64,000 nucleotides of DNA from Sphingomonadaceae bacterium (GTDB taxonomy: Bacteria > Pseudomonadota > Alphaproteobacteria > Sphingomonadales > Sphingomonadaceae). Every line of letters begins with the position of its first letter. Positions within the stretch are counted from its first letter, which is position 1. Below the pieces are notes generated by a model, which had not been told where the DNA came from, did not search any database, and was given only the letters and a program-made list of their open reading frames with translations. This document shows positions 54,615-63,945 of the stretch, piece by piece. The position numbers were made by a program, and so were the translations under genes. The stretch is from positions 99,518 to 163,517 of the forward strand of contig JASBUR010000031.1 in the NCBI GenBank assembly GCA_030147805.1, given 5' to 3'.

Positions 54615-56432
54615 TCACAGCACGAAGTCGGTGGCGCGCAGGTCGGGCAGCTCGCCGTCGAGCCGAAGCTCGAAGTCGGCGATGCGGTCGCCGTTCAGGT
54701 CGCCCTGAACCAGCGTGTAATGGCCCGAGGTCGCGTCGACTTCCTGCGCGCGCAGCTGGCCATCGACGCCGGTGAACGCCTGCGCGCCGACGAAAGTGAA
54801 CGCCTGGTTGCCGGCGCGGTCGGCGACGGCGTCGATTCCCGACAGGTCGATCTTGTCCGACCCCGGCGCGAAGTCGAGGATGACGTCGCCAGTGGCGCCC
54901 TTGCCGATATGCGCGGCGCTGTTCCAGTCGAACATGTCGGCGCCGGCGCCGCCGACCAGCGTGTCGGTACCGCCTTCGCCCTGCAGGATGTCGTTGCCGG
55001 TGCCGCCCTCCAGCCGGTCGTTGCCGTCGCCGCCATAGAGCCGGTCGTTGCCGCCCATTCCCCGCAGGAGATTGTCGCCCGCATTGCCGGTGAGGCCGTT
55101 GTAGTCGCCGTTGCCGGTGCCGCCGATGTCGGTGGCGCCGATCAGCTCGAGATGCTCGACATATTGCGTCAGCGTGTAGGAAACCGTGCTCTTGACGGTG
55201 TCGATGCCCTGCCAGGCATATTCCGCGATCAGGTCGCGCGAATCATCGACCAGATAGATGTCGTTGCCGGTGCCGCCGAGCATGGTGTCGGCGCCGGTGC
55301 CGCCGTCGAGCAGGTCGTTGCCCGCTCCGCCGCTGAGCCGGTCGTCGCCCGCCAGCCCCTTGAGCGTGTCCCAGCCGCCGAGGCCGTCGAGCGCGTCGGC
55401 GCCGCTGGTGCCGGTGAGGGCATCGTTGCCGCCGGTGGCGGCCGGGCCGCTCGGCTCGGGCGTTGGCGTCGGGGTTGGGGTTGGCGTCGGCGTCGGTTCG
55501 GGGGTCGGCGTGCCCTTCCACGGCGAGGAGATATCGATCGCCGGACGCGAGCCGAGGAAGTCGGTGCCGCTGACCGTCGCCGGGCCCGTGGCCATCTGCC
55601 CCGCCGTCAGCCCCCAGACGTCGGTGTCGACGAGCTTCGCCGCAACCGAGGTGCGGTTGACCAGCAGCCGCACGTTCGCCGAGGCATGATCGTCGATGAC
55701 GACATTGTCGACCATCTCGAGCGCGGTGCCGGCGAGCAATTTGCCCTCGGCGCCGAAGCTGACGATCGCCACGTTGGGCGATCTGGCGTTCTGCTGGATG
55801 ACGTTGCCCTGCAGCAGCGCATTCCCGCCATTGGGCAGATCGATGTTGTAGCTCGAGATGCCGCTGGTGCCGTCGACGATGCGGTTGTCGATCAGCGTCG
55901 TGTTGGCCGCGCGACTCTTCACATGATGGCCGTTGTTGGCGTCGTGGAAATAGGAATCCTCGACGGTCAGCGACTCGATATGGTTGACGTAGAGGCCGTG
56001 CGTATAGCCGGTGCCGCCGCCGTTGAACGCGAACTCCGAGTTGCGGATGACGATGGTGCCGTCGGCGTCGCCGTTCGACAGCAGCCCCATCTGGTTGTGA
56101 TGGAAATAGCTGTTCTCGACGACGAGGTCGCCGCTCTCGTAGCGGATGCCGGCGCCGTTGGCGCTCGATACCTTGGCGCCCGAGAATTCGAGGTTGCGGA
56201 CGGTCACGTCGGCACTGGTGACCATGATCGCCTTGCCGTTCGCGGGCGCGACGGTGGCGATGAACTTCGCCATGCCGCCGACGCCCTCGATGGTGAGGTC
56301 CTTGGCGATGGTGGTGAAGTCGTTGGTGTAGGTCCCCGCCTGGACCTGGATGGTGTCGCCGTCGCTGGCGGCCGCGACCGCTTTGGACAGGCTGCTATAT
56401 TGCCGGCTCGCGCCAACCGTCAGAATCGCCAT
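54615..56432 (-). CDS. secreted right-handed beta-helix protein with PT linker and RTX (hemolysin-type Ca-binding) repeats; probable T1SS substrate
   Basis: There is no signal peptide. The N-terminal parallel beta-helix-like repeats read VRNLEFSG..., VENSYFHHNQMGLL, IRNSEFAFNGG, VEDSYFHDANNGHHVKS and LIDNRIVDG. A linker (PTPEPTPTPTPTPTPTPEP) follows, then GGxGxD nonapeptides (GGAGNDLLDGGTGADTMLGGTGNDIY; GGNDRLYGGDGNDRLEGGTGNDILQGEGGTDTLVGGAGAD). Confidence 0.85.
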   Translation of the reverse strand: MAILTVGASRQYSSLSKAVAAASDGDTIQVQAGTYTNDFTTIAKDLTIEGVGGMAKFIATVAPANGKAIMVTSADVTVRNLEFSGAKVSSANGAGIRYESGDLVVENSYFHHNQMGLLSNGDADGTIVIRNSEFAFNGGGTGYTHGLYVNHIESLTVEDSYFHDANNGHHVKSRAANTTLIDNRIVDGTSGISSYNIDLPNGGNALLQGNVIQQNARSPNVAIVSFGAEGKLLAGTALEMVDNVVIDDHASANVRLLVNRTSVAAKLVDTDVWGLTAGQMATGPATVSGTDFLGSRPAIDISSPWKGTPTPEPTPTPTPTPTPTPEPSGPAATGGNDALTGTSGADALDGLGGWDTLKGLAGDDRLSGGAGNDLLDGGTGADTMLGGTGNDIYLVDDSRDLIAEYAWQGIDTVKSTVSYTLTQYVEHLELIGATDIGGTGNGDYNGLTGNAGDNLLRGMGGNDRLYGGDGNDRLEGGTGNDILQGEGGTDTLVGGAGADMFDWNSAAHIGKGATGDVILDFAPGSDKIDLSGIDAVADRAGNQAFTFVGAQAFTGVDGQLRAQEVDATSGHYTLVQGDLNGDRIADFELRLDGELPDLRATDFVL

Positions 56433-56714
56433 GAATTAACTCCCCGCTACACAACAGGCCCGCACCGGAAGACTGCCCGGCGCGGACGTTTCGGGACTCG
56501 CGGGCCCTCGGCCGCACGCGGTCATCCGGGTTTACGATTCGATCCCCGGAAGGCCCCCCTTGCGATCATCTACACGCCGATGACCGCGAACCCCGATCCG
56601 GGCCGTAGCGGGCTGCCGCGCGGAGCGTGAGCGCCAAGCTGCGAGCGGTGGCTGGCGCGCGCCGGATTGCAGGCGGGGTGGCCCCTCTCCCCGGCGGGGA
56701 GAGGGTTCGCCAGC

Positions 56715-58538
56715 TCACTCGCCCTTGATCCAGGCGTCGACATTCTCCTCGAGGATGTCGAGCGGCACCGGGCCCGAGAGCAGCACGGCGTCGTGGAAGC
56801 CGCCCATGGTGAAACGGTCGCCCATCGCCGCCTGCGCCTTGTCGCGCAGCTCGCTGATCTTGAGCCGGCCGACCATATAGGCGGTCGCCTGCCCCGGGTT
56901 GACGATGTAGCGCTCGATCGCCTTGACGATGCCGCCGGGCGCGTCGGCGCTGTTGTCGGCGACGTACTGGATCGCCTGTTCGCGCGTCCATTTCTTGTGG
57001 TGGAGGCCGGTGTCGACGACGAGGCGGATGGCGCGGTGGAGTTCGAGCTGCAGCCGGCCGAAGTCGCGGTACGGGTCGGTGTAGAAGCCCATGTCCTTGC
57101 CGAGCTTCTCGGTATAGAGGCCCCAGCCCTCGCTATAGGCGGTGAAGCCGCCGAAGCGGCGGAACGGCGGCACGTCCTTCAATTCGGTCTGGATGGTGCG
57201 CTGGAGGTGATGGCCGGGGACGCCCTCATGATAGGCGAGCGCCTCGATCTCGGTCGTCGGCATGTCGGCCATGTCGTAGAGGTTGACGTAATAGGTGCCG
57301 GGGCGCGAGCCGTCGGGCGCCGGCCGCTGGTAGAAGGCCTTGCCCGCCGATTTCTCGCGGAACGGCTCGACCGCCTTCACCGTCAGCTTGGCCTGCGGCA
57401 GCGTGTCGAAATATTGCGGCAGCTTGGCGTACATCGCCGCCATCACCTTGTCGGTCTCGGCGAGATAGGCGGCCTTGCCCTCGGGGGTGTTGGGGAAATA
57501 GAATTTCTTCGAGGTGCGCATCTCCTCGAAGAAGGCCTGGAGGTCGCCGGTGAAGCCGACGCGCTTCATGATGCCGCGCACCTCGTCATGGATGCGCGCC
57601 ACCTGCGCGAGGCCCAGCTCATGGACCTGGTCGGGGGTCATGTCGGTGGTGGTGTAATAGCCGAGCCGCTCGGCATAATAATCGGCGCCGTCGGCGAAGC
57701 GGTGGACGCCGTCGACGGTGCCGGCCTCGGCCTCCTGCTTCCGCATCAGCGCGATCAGCCGCTCATAGGCGGGCTTGACCGAGGTCAGCAGCGCCTGCCG
57801 GCCGTCGGCGATCAGCGCGTCCTTTTCGGCCTGCGGAATGTCGAGCTTGCCGACCTTCGCCTTCAGATCGGCGTAGAGCGCCGAATCGGCGCCCGGTCCG
57901 TAGGGCGCGCCGCTGATGACGTTGCGTGCGTCGGAGATGACATAGGGGAAGACCCATTTCGGCGGCAGCACCGCATCGGGCGCCTGCGCCTCGGCCATCA
58001 CCTGGTCGAGCACCGGGCCGAGGCCCTCGAGCCGCTTCACATAGGCTTCGGCATCGGCCCTGGTCTCGACGCGGTGGATGTTGATGAGGAAGGCGGGCGC
58101 ATCGCTCTGCGCGCCGTTCATCTGGTCGAAGACATAGCCGAGCTTGCGGTACTTGAAGGCCGCGTTCGAGCGCTCGACCTCCTTTTCGAACAGGCGGTAG
58201 GAGAGCCGCGCCTGCGGCGACAGGTCGGCGGTGGCGAATTTGGCGCGCATCTCGGCGAGCGCGGCGTTCGCCGCCTGGTTGCGGCGCACCGCCTCGGCAT
58301 CCGATTCATCGTCCCATTTGTCATAGTCGGTCTTGATGCCGCGGTACGACTGCGCGACCGGCGAGCGCGCGAGCTGCGCCTGGTCATAGGCCTCGAAGAA
58401 TCCGTTGAGCGCGGCGGACGCGTCCCATGCCGGGGCAGGCGCGGCGGCGGGCGACACGGCGGGCGCCTGCGCGATCGGGGTCGTGGTGCAGGCGGAAAGC
58501 GTCAAGGCGGTCGCGGCGAGCAGCAGGATGCGGGTCAT
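56715..58538 (-). CDS. DUF885-family lipoprotein, paralogue 2
   Basis: ATG at 58538. Lipobox ALTLSAC. Contains YHEGVPGHHLQRTIQTE and IRLVVDTGLHHKKWTREQAIQYV. Confidence 0.8.
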   Translation of the reverse strand: MTRILLLAATALTLSACTTTPIAQAPAVSPAAAPAPAWDASAALNGFFEAYDQAQLARSPVAQSYRGIKTDYDKWDDESDAEAVRRNQAANAALAEMRAKFATADLSPQARLSYRLFEKEVERSNAAFKYRKLGYVFDQMNGAQSDAPAFLINIHRVETRADAEAYVKRLEGLGPVLDQVMAEAQAPDAVLPPKWVFPYVISDARNVISGAPYGPGADSALYADLKAKVGKLDIPQAEKDALIADGRQALLTSVKPAYERLIALMRKQEAEAGTVDGVHRFADGADYYAERLGYYTTTDMTPDQVHELGLAQVARIHDEVRGIMKRVGFTGDLQAFFEEMRTSKKFYFPNTPEGKAAYLAETDKVMAAMYAKLPQYFDTLPQAKLTVKAVEPFREKSAGKAFYQRPAPDGSRPGTYYVNLYDMADMPTTEIEALAYHEGVPGHHLQRTIQTELKDVPPFRRFGGFTAYSEGWGLYTEKLGKDMGFYTDPYRDFGRLQLELHRAIRLVVDTGLHHKKWTREQAIQYVADNSADAPGGIVKAIERYIVNPGQATAYMVGRLKISELRDKAQAAMGDRFTMGGFHDAVLLSGPVPLDILEENVDAWIKGE

Positions 58539-58604
58539 GGGGTCTCCGGGGGCAAGGAATGGCCGAACGCTAGCGGGGCGGAGGCGGTAAGTCACCCCGC
58601 CGGG

Positions 58605-58720
58605 CGCGATCCTCCCCTGCAAGGGGAGGGGGACCGCCCCAGGCGGTGGAGGGGTACCAGCGCCGAGACCCCTCCACCCTGCTGCGCAGGGTCCCCCTCC
58701 CCGTCCCGGGGAGGATCAGC
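58605..58720. repeat. GC-rich palindromic REP-like element (family D: CCTCCCC-N-GGGGAGG hairpins)
   Basis: The sequence is tcctcccctgcaaggggaggg ... ccccctccccgtcccggggagga. Related hairpins lie at 54388-54410 (cctctccccgctggggagagg) and 56683-56706 (ccctctccccggcggggagaggg). Confidence 0.45.
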
Positions 58721-58762
58721 AGCGTCTTTGACCCGCCCTCCGCGCCCCGCCATAAGCGGCGC

Positions 58763-59794
58763 ATGCTCGCCTATGCGCTCGCCCGCCCGCTGCTGTTCGC
58801 GCTCGATCCCGAGACGGCGCACGGCCTCACCATCCGCGCGCTGAAGCTCGGGCTGCTGCCGCCCGCGCCCGCCGACGATCCGATCCTCGCCACGAGCTTC
58901 GCCGGGCTGGCGCTGCCCAACCCGATCGGCCTCGCCGCGGGCTTCGACAAGAATGCCGAGGTGCCCGACGCGATGCTGCGGCTGGGCTTCGGCTTCGTCG
59001 AGGCGGGGACGGTCACGCCGCTGGCGCAGCCGGGCAACCCGCGGCCGCGGATGTTCCGGCTGGTCGAGGACCGCGCGGTGATCAACCGGCTCGGCTTCAA
59101 CAACGCGGGCCTCGACGCCTATGCGGCGCGGCTGCGCGCCCGCGCCGGACGGCCGGGGATCGTCGGCGGCAACGTCGGCGCCAACAAGGACGCGACCGAC
59201 CGCATTGCCGACTATGTCCGCGGCATCGCGGCGGTGCGCGACCATGTCGGCTACATCACCGTCAACATCTCCTCGCCCAACACGCCGGGGCTGCGCGCGC
59301 TGCAGTCGCGCGACGCGCTGGCCGAGCTGGTCGGCAGGTCGATGGAAGCGCGCGGCGCCGGCGGCGTGCCGCTGTTCGTCAAGGTCGCGCCCGACCTGAC
59401 GCCCGAGGACGTCGCCGACATCGCCGAGGTGTGCGGCGCCGGCGGGGCCGACGGGCTCATCGTGTCGAACACCACCATCACCCGCGAGGGGCTGCGCAGC
59501 CGCCACGCCGGCGAGACCGGCGGGCTGTCGGGGGCGCCGCTGCTGGCACGATCCACCGCGGTGCTGCGCGCCTTCCGCCAGGCGACGCCGCTGCCGCTGA
59601 TCGGCGTCGGCGGCGTGGCGAGCGGCGCCGACGCCTATGCCAAGATCCGCGCCGGCGCCGGCGCGGTGCAGCTCTATACCGGGCTGGTCTATGGCGGGCC
59701 GGGGCTGGTCGCGAAGATCAAGCGCGAGCTGGCGGCGCTGCTGCGACGCGACGGGTTTGCGAGCGTGGCCGATGCGGTCGGCGTCGACGCTTGA
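58763..59794 (+). CDS. pyrD: dihydroorotate dehydrogenase (quinone), class 2
   Basis: Contains MLAYALARPLLFALDPETAHGL, GFGFVEAGTVTPLAQPGNPRPRMFRL, NISSPNTPGLR and GVGGVASGADAYAKIRAGA. Confidence 0.95.
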   Translation: MLAYALARPLLFALDPETAHGLTIRALKLGLLPPAPADDPILATSFAGLALPNPIGLAAGFDKNAEVPDAMLRLGFGFVEAGTVTPLAQPGNPRPRMFRLVEDRAVINRLGFNNAGLDAYAARLRARAGRPGIVGGNVGANKDATDRIADYVRGIAAVRDHVGYITVNISSPNTPGLRALQSRDALAELVGRSMEARGAGGVPLFVKVAPDLTPEDVADIAEVCGAGGADGLIVSNTTITREGLRSRHAGETGGLSGAPLLARSTAVLRAFRQATPLPLIGVGGVASGADAYAKIRAGAGAVQLYTGLVYGGPGLVAKIKRELAALLRRDGFASVADAVGVDA

Positions 59795-59831
59795 GAAGCG
59801 TGCTGCGCCAAGGTCTTTCTTCCTCCCAATA

Positions 59832-60012
59832 TCGTCATCCCCGCGCAGGCGAGGACCCGCCAAGCCACAGCCCCAAGCGCTCATGCTGAGCTTGTCGAAG
59901 CAGGATTGGCGCGCTGAGACGGTGAGGCAAGCTCGCCCTTCGACGAGCTCAGGGTGAGCGCGGAGGGCAGGGCTTGGTCGGGAGTGGGTCCCCGCCTTCG
60001 CGGGGATGACGA
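59832..60012. repeat. full composite REP/MITE element (A hairpin - B element - inverted A hairpin)
   Basis: The architecture matches 40401-40578, with the B element in the opposite orientation. Confidence 0.8.
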
Positions 60013-60108
60013 TGTCGAGAAAGGCGCGGCGAGGTTGAAGATGCCGCTTCAGGGTTGGCGAGGCTCCCGCCCCGCGCCTATGGTGCCGCAACTGTCGAGG
60101 GGAAGTGC

Positions 60109-61839
60109 GTGAGGATCGTGACGCGTCTGCTGCCGTTGCTGCTGCTGGCAGCCTGCACCGCCACTACTGTCGCCAAGGGACCGGCCACCGCGCCGGCGGC
60201 GTCGACCAGCGCGGCGGTCTCCGCCGCCGATCCGCGCGCCGCCGAGGCGGGGCGGCAGATTCTCGCGAAGGGCGGCTCGGCGGTCGATGCCGCCGCTGCG
60301 GTCATGCTCGCGCTGACCGTCGTCGAACCGCAGTCGTCGGGGATCGGCGGCGGCAGCTTCATCGTCTATCACGACGCGAAGACCGGGCTGTCGACCTACG
60401 ACGGCCGCGAGGAAGCGCCGGCCTCGGCATCGCCGACCTGGTTCCTCGACGCGGCGGGCCAGCCGCCGGCCTCGTTCAACGCGGCGCGCGCCGGCGGGCG
60501 CAGCGTCGGTGTGCCGGGCAACCTCGCCAACATCGCCGCGGCGCACAAGGTGCACGGCAAGCTGCCGTGGGCGGCGCTGTTCGAGCCGGCGATCCGCCTC
60601 GCGCGCGACGGATTCGCGGTGACGCCGCGCTTCCTCGGCGTGCTCGAAAGCTACAACAGCTTCCTGGCGGAGTCGCCCGCGGCGCGTGCGCTCTATTATC
60701 AGGCCGACGGCAGCCCCAAGCCGCTCGGCACGATCATCACCAATCCCGAGCTGGCGCGCTTCCTCGAAACGGTGGCGGCGAACGGTCCCGACCATCTCTA
60801 CCGCGGCGCCGGCGGCGAGCGGCTGGTCGCCGCGGTGCGGTCGAGCCCGCGCAGCCAGTCGACGATGACCGCGGCCGATCTCGCCGCCTATGAAGCGCGG
60901 CCGCGCGCGCCGGTGTGCGGGACCTACCGCGTCTACAAGATCTGTGGGATGGCGCCGCCGTCATCGGGCGGGCCGGGCGTCTATGCGATCCTCAAGCAGC
61001 TCGAACGTTTCGACCTGCCGTCGAAGAAGCCCGACGACGCGACGACCTGGCATCTGATCGCCGAATCGATGCGGCTCGCCTATGCCGACCGCGCCAAGTG
61101 GATCGCCGACCCCGACCATACGCCGGTGCCGACCGCCGGGCTGATGAGCGACGCCTATCTCGTCGAGCGCTCGGCGCTGATCGCCGCCGACAAGCGGATG
61201 GCAAAGGCCGAGGCCGGCACGCCGCCGGGCGCGATGGCCATCGCGGCGGCACCCGACACCGAGGTGGCGGGCACCTCGAGCTTCTCGGTCGCCGATGCGG
61301 CGGGCAACGTCGTGGCGATGACCTCGACGATCGAGGCGCCGTTTGGCTCGGGCGTGCTCGTCGACGGCTATGTGCTCAACAACGAGCTGACCGACTTCAA
61401 CCTCGTCCCCGACGTCGACGGCGTGCCGACCGCCAATCGCGTTGAGGGCGGCAAGCGGCCGCGCAGCTCGATGGCGCCGATGATCGCCTATGACGCCGCC
61501 GGCAAGCCGGTGCTGTCGATCGGCGCCGCCGGTGGCACCACCATCCTCGCACAGGTAGCGAAGGCGATGATCGGCGTGCTCGACTGGAAGATGAGCGTGC
61601 AGGAGGCGATCGCCATGCCGCAGCTCGTCGCGATCGGCGACCTGGTGCGGATCGAGAAGGGCACCCGCCTCGAGGCGCTCGTACCGGCGCTCGAGGCGAT
61701 GGGGCACAAGGTCCAGGCGACGGCGCTGCCGCTCAAGGCGAACGGCGTCGAATGGACGGCGCAGGGCTGGCGCGGCGGTGCCGACCCGCGCTCCGAAGGC
61801 GAATCGCTCGCCTTCGGGCAGGCGGTACTCAATCCCTGA
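60109..61839 (+). CDS. ggt: gamma-glutamyltransferase (lipoprotein)
   Basis: GTG at 60109, 5 nt after gagggga. Lipobox LLLAAC. Autoprocessing Thr context (VAGTSSFSVADAAGNVVAMTSTIE) and GGTTIL. An alternative upstream start lies at 60055. Confidence 0.9.
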   Translation: MRIVTRLLPLLLLAACTATTVAKGPATAPAASTSAAVSAADPRAAEAGRQILAKGGSAVDAAAAVMLALTVVEPQSSGIGGGSFIVYHDAKTGLSTYDGREEAPASASPTWFLDAAGQPPASFNAARAGGRSVGVPGNLANIAAAHKVHGKLPWAALFEPAIRLARDGFAVTPRFLGVLESYNSFLAESPAARALYYQADGSPKPLGTIITNPELARFLETVAANGPDHLYRGAGGERLVAAVRSSPRSQSTMTAADLAAYEARPRAPVCGTYRVYKICGMAPPSSGGPGVYAILKQLERFDLPSKKPDDATTWHLIAESMRLAYADRAKWIADPDHTPVPTAGLMSDAYLVERSALIAADKRMAKAEAGTPPGAMAIAAAPDTEVAGTSSFSVADAAGNVVAMTSTIEAPFGSGVLVDGYVLNNELTDFNLVPDVDGVPTANRVEGGKRPRSSMAPMIAYDAAGKPVLSIGAAGGTTILAQVAKAMIGVLDWKMSVQEAIAMPQLVAIGDLVRIEKGTRLEALVPALEAMGHKVQATALPLKANGVEWTAQGWRGGADPRSEGESLAFGQAVLNP

Positions 61840-61876
61840 CTCAACGAAGCGGGGGAGCCTTGGGGGGAGCAAGGGC

Positions 61877-63676
61877 ATGAACACAGCGGCGACGTGGCCG
61901 AACCTGGTCACGATGTTCTTCGACCAGGCGGAGCGGCGCGGCGACGCGCCCTTCCTGTGGCGCAAGACCGAGGGGCAGTGGCGGTCGACCTCGTGGCGCG
62001 AGGCGGCCGCGCAGGTCGCGAGCCTCGCCGCGTCGCTGAAGGCGCTCGGCATCCTGCCCGGCGACCGCGTCGTGCTGGTGTCGGAAAACCGCCCCGAATG
62101 GTGCATCGCCGACCTCGGCATCATGGCGGCGGGCGCGATCACCGTGCCGACCTACGTCACCAACACCGAACGCGACCATGTCCACATCCTCGAGAACAGC
62201 GGCGCGCGCGCGGCGATCGTCTCGACCGCGAAGCTGGCCAAGACGCTGCTGCCCGCGGTCTACCGGTCGAACAGCTGCACGACCGTGATCGGCATCGAAC
62301 CGCTGCGTATCGGCCAGTCGTCGTCGGCGCAGCTCCACGACTGGCCGAAGCTGCTCGCTGCGAATCCCGGCGACGTCGCCGCGACGCGTGCGGCCGCGGC
62401 CCGCATCAAGCGGTCCGATCTCGCCTGCCTGATCTACACCTCGGGCACCGGCGGCGCGCCGCGCGGCGTGAAGCAGCATCATGGCGCGATCCTGCTCAAC
62501 TGCGAGGGCTGCCTCGACATCATCGAGAACGACTTCACCAAGGACGAGCCCGAGACCTTCCTGTCGTTCCTGCCGACGAGCCATGCCTATGAGCACAGCG
62601 CCGGCCAGTATCTGCCGATCGCGCTCGGCGGCGAGATCTATTATGCCGAAAGCCTCGAGAAGCTTGCCGCCAACATCGAGGAAACCCACCCGACGATCAT
62701 GGTGGTGGTGCCGCGGCTGTTCGAGGTGCTGCGCCAGCGCATGGCGAAGACCATCGAGAAGCAGGGCGGGCTGGCGGCGAAGCTGCTCGACCAGGCGCTG
62801 CGGCTGGGGCGCAAGAAATATGACAACGGCCACCGGCTGGCGCTGTGGGACCGGCCGCTCGACCTGCTGCTCGAGCGCACCATCCGCAGGAAGGTCGCGA
62901 CGCGCTTCGGCGGCCGGCTGAAGGCGATGGTCGCCGGCGGCGCGCCGCTCAATCCCGAGGTCGGCATCTTCTTCTACTCGCTCGGCGTCACCTTGCTGCA
63001 GGGCTATGGCCAGACCGAATCGGGGCCGGTGATCTCGTGCAACCGGCCGAGCGCCAACATCAAGATGCACAGCGTCGGCCGCCCCTTGAAAGGCGTCGAG
63101 GTGCGCATCGCCGACGACGGCGAGATCTGCGTGCGCGGCGAGCTGGTCATGCACGGCTATTGGCAGAATGACGAGGAGTCGGCGCGCGTCCTCAAGGACG
63201 GCTGGCTGCACACCGGCGACATCGGCCACATCGACGAGGACGGCCATATCGTCATCACCGACCGCAAGAAGGACATCATCGTCAACGACAAGGGCGACAA
63301 TGTCGCGCCGCAGCGCGTCGAGGGCATGCTGACGCTGCAGCCCGAGATATTGCAGGCGATGGTGCACGGCGACCGGCGGCCGCACCTCGTCGGGCTCGTC
63401 GTCCCCGACCCCGAATGGGCGGGCGAATGGGCGGCGGCCAACGGCCGCGACGCCGACATGGCGGCGCTGTGCGCCGACCCGGCCTTCCATCGCGCGGTGA
63501 TGGCGGCGGTCGACCGCGTCAACACGCAGCTGTCGGTGATCGAAAAGGTCCGCCGCATCACGCTCGCCGACGCGGCGTTCAGCGTCGAGAACGAGATGAT
63601 GACGCCATCGCTCAAGATCCGGCGGCATGTGATTCGGCAGGCCTATGGCGCGAAGCTGGACGCGCTGTACGGGTAA
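61877..63676 (+). CDS. long-chain fatty acid--CoA ligase (AMP-dependent synthetase)
   Basis: AMP-binding motif LIYTSGTGGAPRGV, plus GYGQTESGP, TGDIG..DEDGHIVITDRKKD and PSLKIRR. Confidence 0.88.
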   Translation: MNTAATWPNLVTMFFDQAERRGDAPFLWRKTEGQWRSTSWREAAAQVASLAASLKALGILPGDRVVLVSENRPEWCIADLGIMAAGAITVPTYVTNTERDHVHILENSGARAAIVSTAKLAKTLLPAVYRSNSCTTVIGIEPLRIGQSSSAQLHDWPKLLAANPGDVAATRAAAARIKRSDLACLIYTSGTGGAPRGVKQHHGAILLNCEGCLDIIENDFTKDEPETFLSFLPTSHAYEHSAGQYLPIALGGEIYYAESLEKLAANIEETHPTIMVVVPRLFEVLRQRMAKTIEKQGGLAAKLLDQALRLGRKKYDNGHRLALWDRPLDLLLERTIRRKVATRFGGRLKAMVAGGAPLNPEVGIFFYSLGVTLLQGYGQTESGPVISCNRPSANIKMHSVGRPLKGVEVRIADDGEICVRGELVMHGYWQNDEESARVLKDGWLHTGDIGHIDEDGHIVITDRKKDIIVNDKGDNVAPQRVEGMLTLQPEILQAMVHGDRRPHLVGLVVPDPEWAGEWAAANGRDADMAALCADPAFHRAVMAAVDRVNTQLSVIEKVRRITLADAAFSVENEMMTPSLKIRRHVIRQAYGAKLDALYG

Positions 63677-63705
63677 CGCCGCGGGGATCCGCTTCCGCGC
63701 ACCCC

Positions 63706-63878
63706 TCAGCGCACATGCTGAGCTCGTCCAAGCAGGATGGGCGCGCTGGGACGTTCGGGCAGGCTCGCCCTTCGGCCGGGTCCCACGAAAAAATTACTGT
63801 CGTGGGTGCCCGACTTGCTCAGGGTGAGCGCCCGGGTTGGGCCTGGCCCGACCCGTGCCCTGCCTTCGCGGGGATGGC
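63706..63878. repeat. degenerate family B REP element carrying a nested ~40-nt hairpin insertion, followed by a degenerate family A arm
   Basis: The sequence is gcacatgctgagctcgtccaagcagg...cccttcgg[ccgggtcccacgaaaaaattactgtcgtgggtgcccga]cttgctcagggtgagcg, with ccttcgcggggatggc at about 63863. Confidence 0.6.
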
Positions 63879-63945
63879 CGATTGGGAAAAGCCCGGCGTT
63901 GGTGCATAGGCGGAACCGTGCCGTCCCGGAGAGCTTGATCCCCGC

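Noticed and set aside
52929-56630. Very long ORFs in the track. Examples are 52929..56630 + (1233 aa), 5640..7916 +, 11374..13827 +, 24748..26823 -, 37065..39536 -, 40771..42621 +, 51766..54051 -, 58592..60091 - and 61841..63628 -.
   Set aside because: All lie antisense to, or out of frame with, genes that carry clear family motifs. Their translations are Arg/Ala/Gly/Pro/His-rich with no motifs. In a genome this GC-rich, stop-free shadow frames are expected. I treat them as artefacts and not as overlapping genes.
56433-56714. A possible riboswitch or sRNA in the 282-nt region upstream of the RTX gene, and likewise in 54388-54575.
   Set aside because: I could not recognise any known riboswitch core by eye. 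The only clear structures are REP-type GC hairpins. Without covariance or expression data I do not call an RNA gene.
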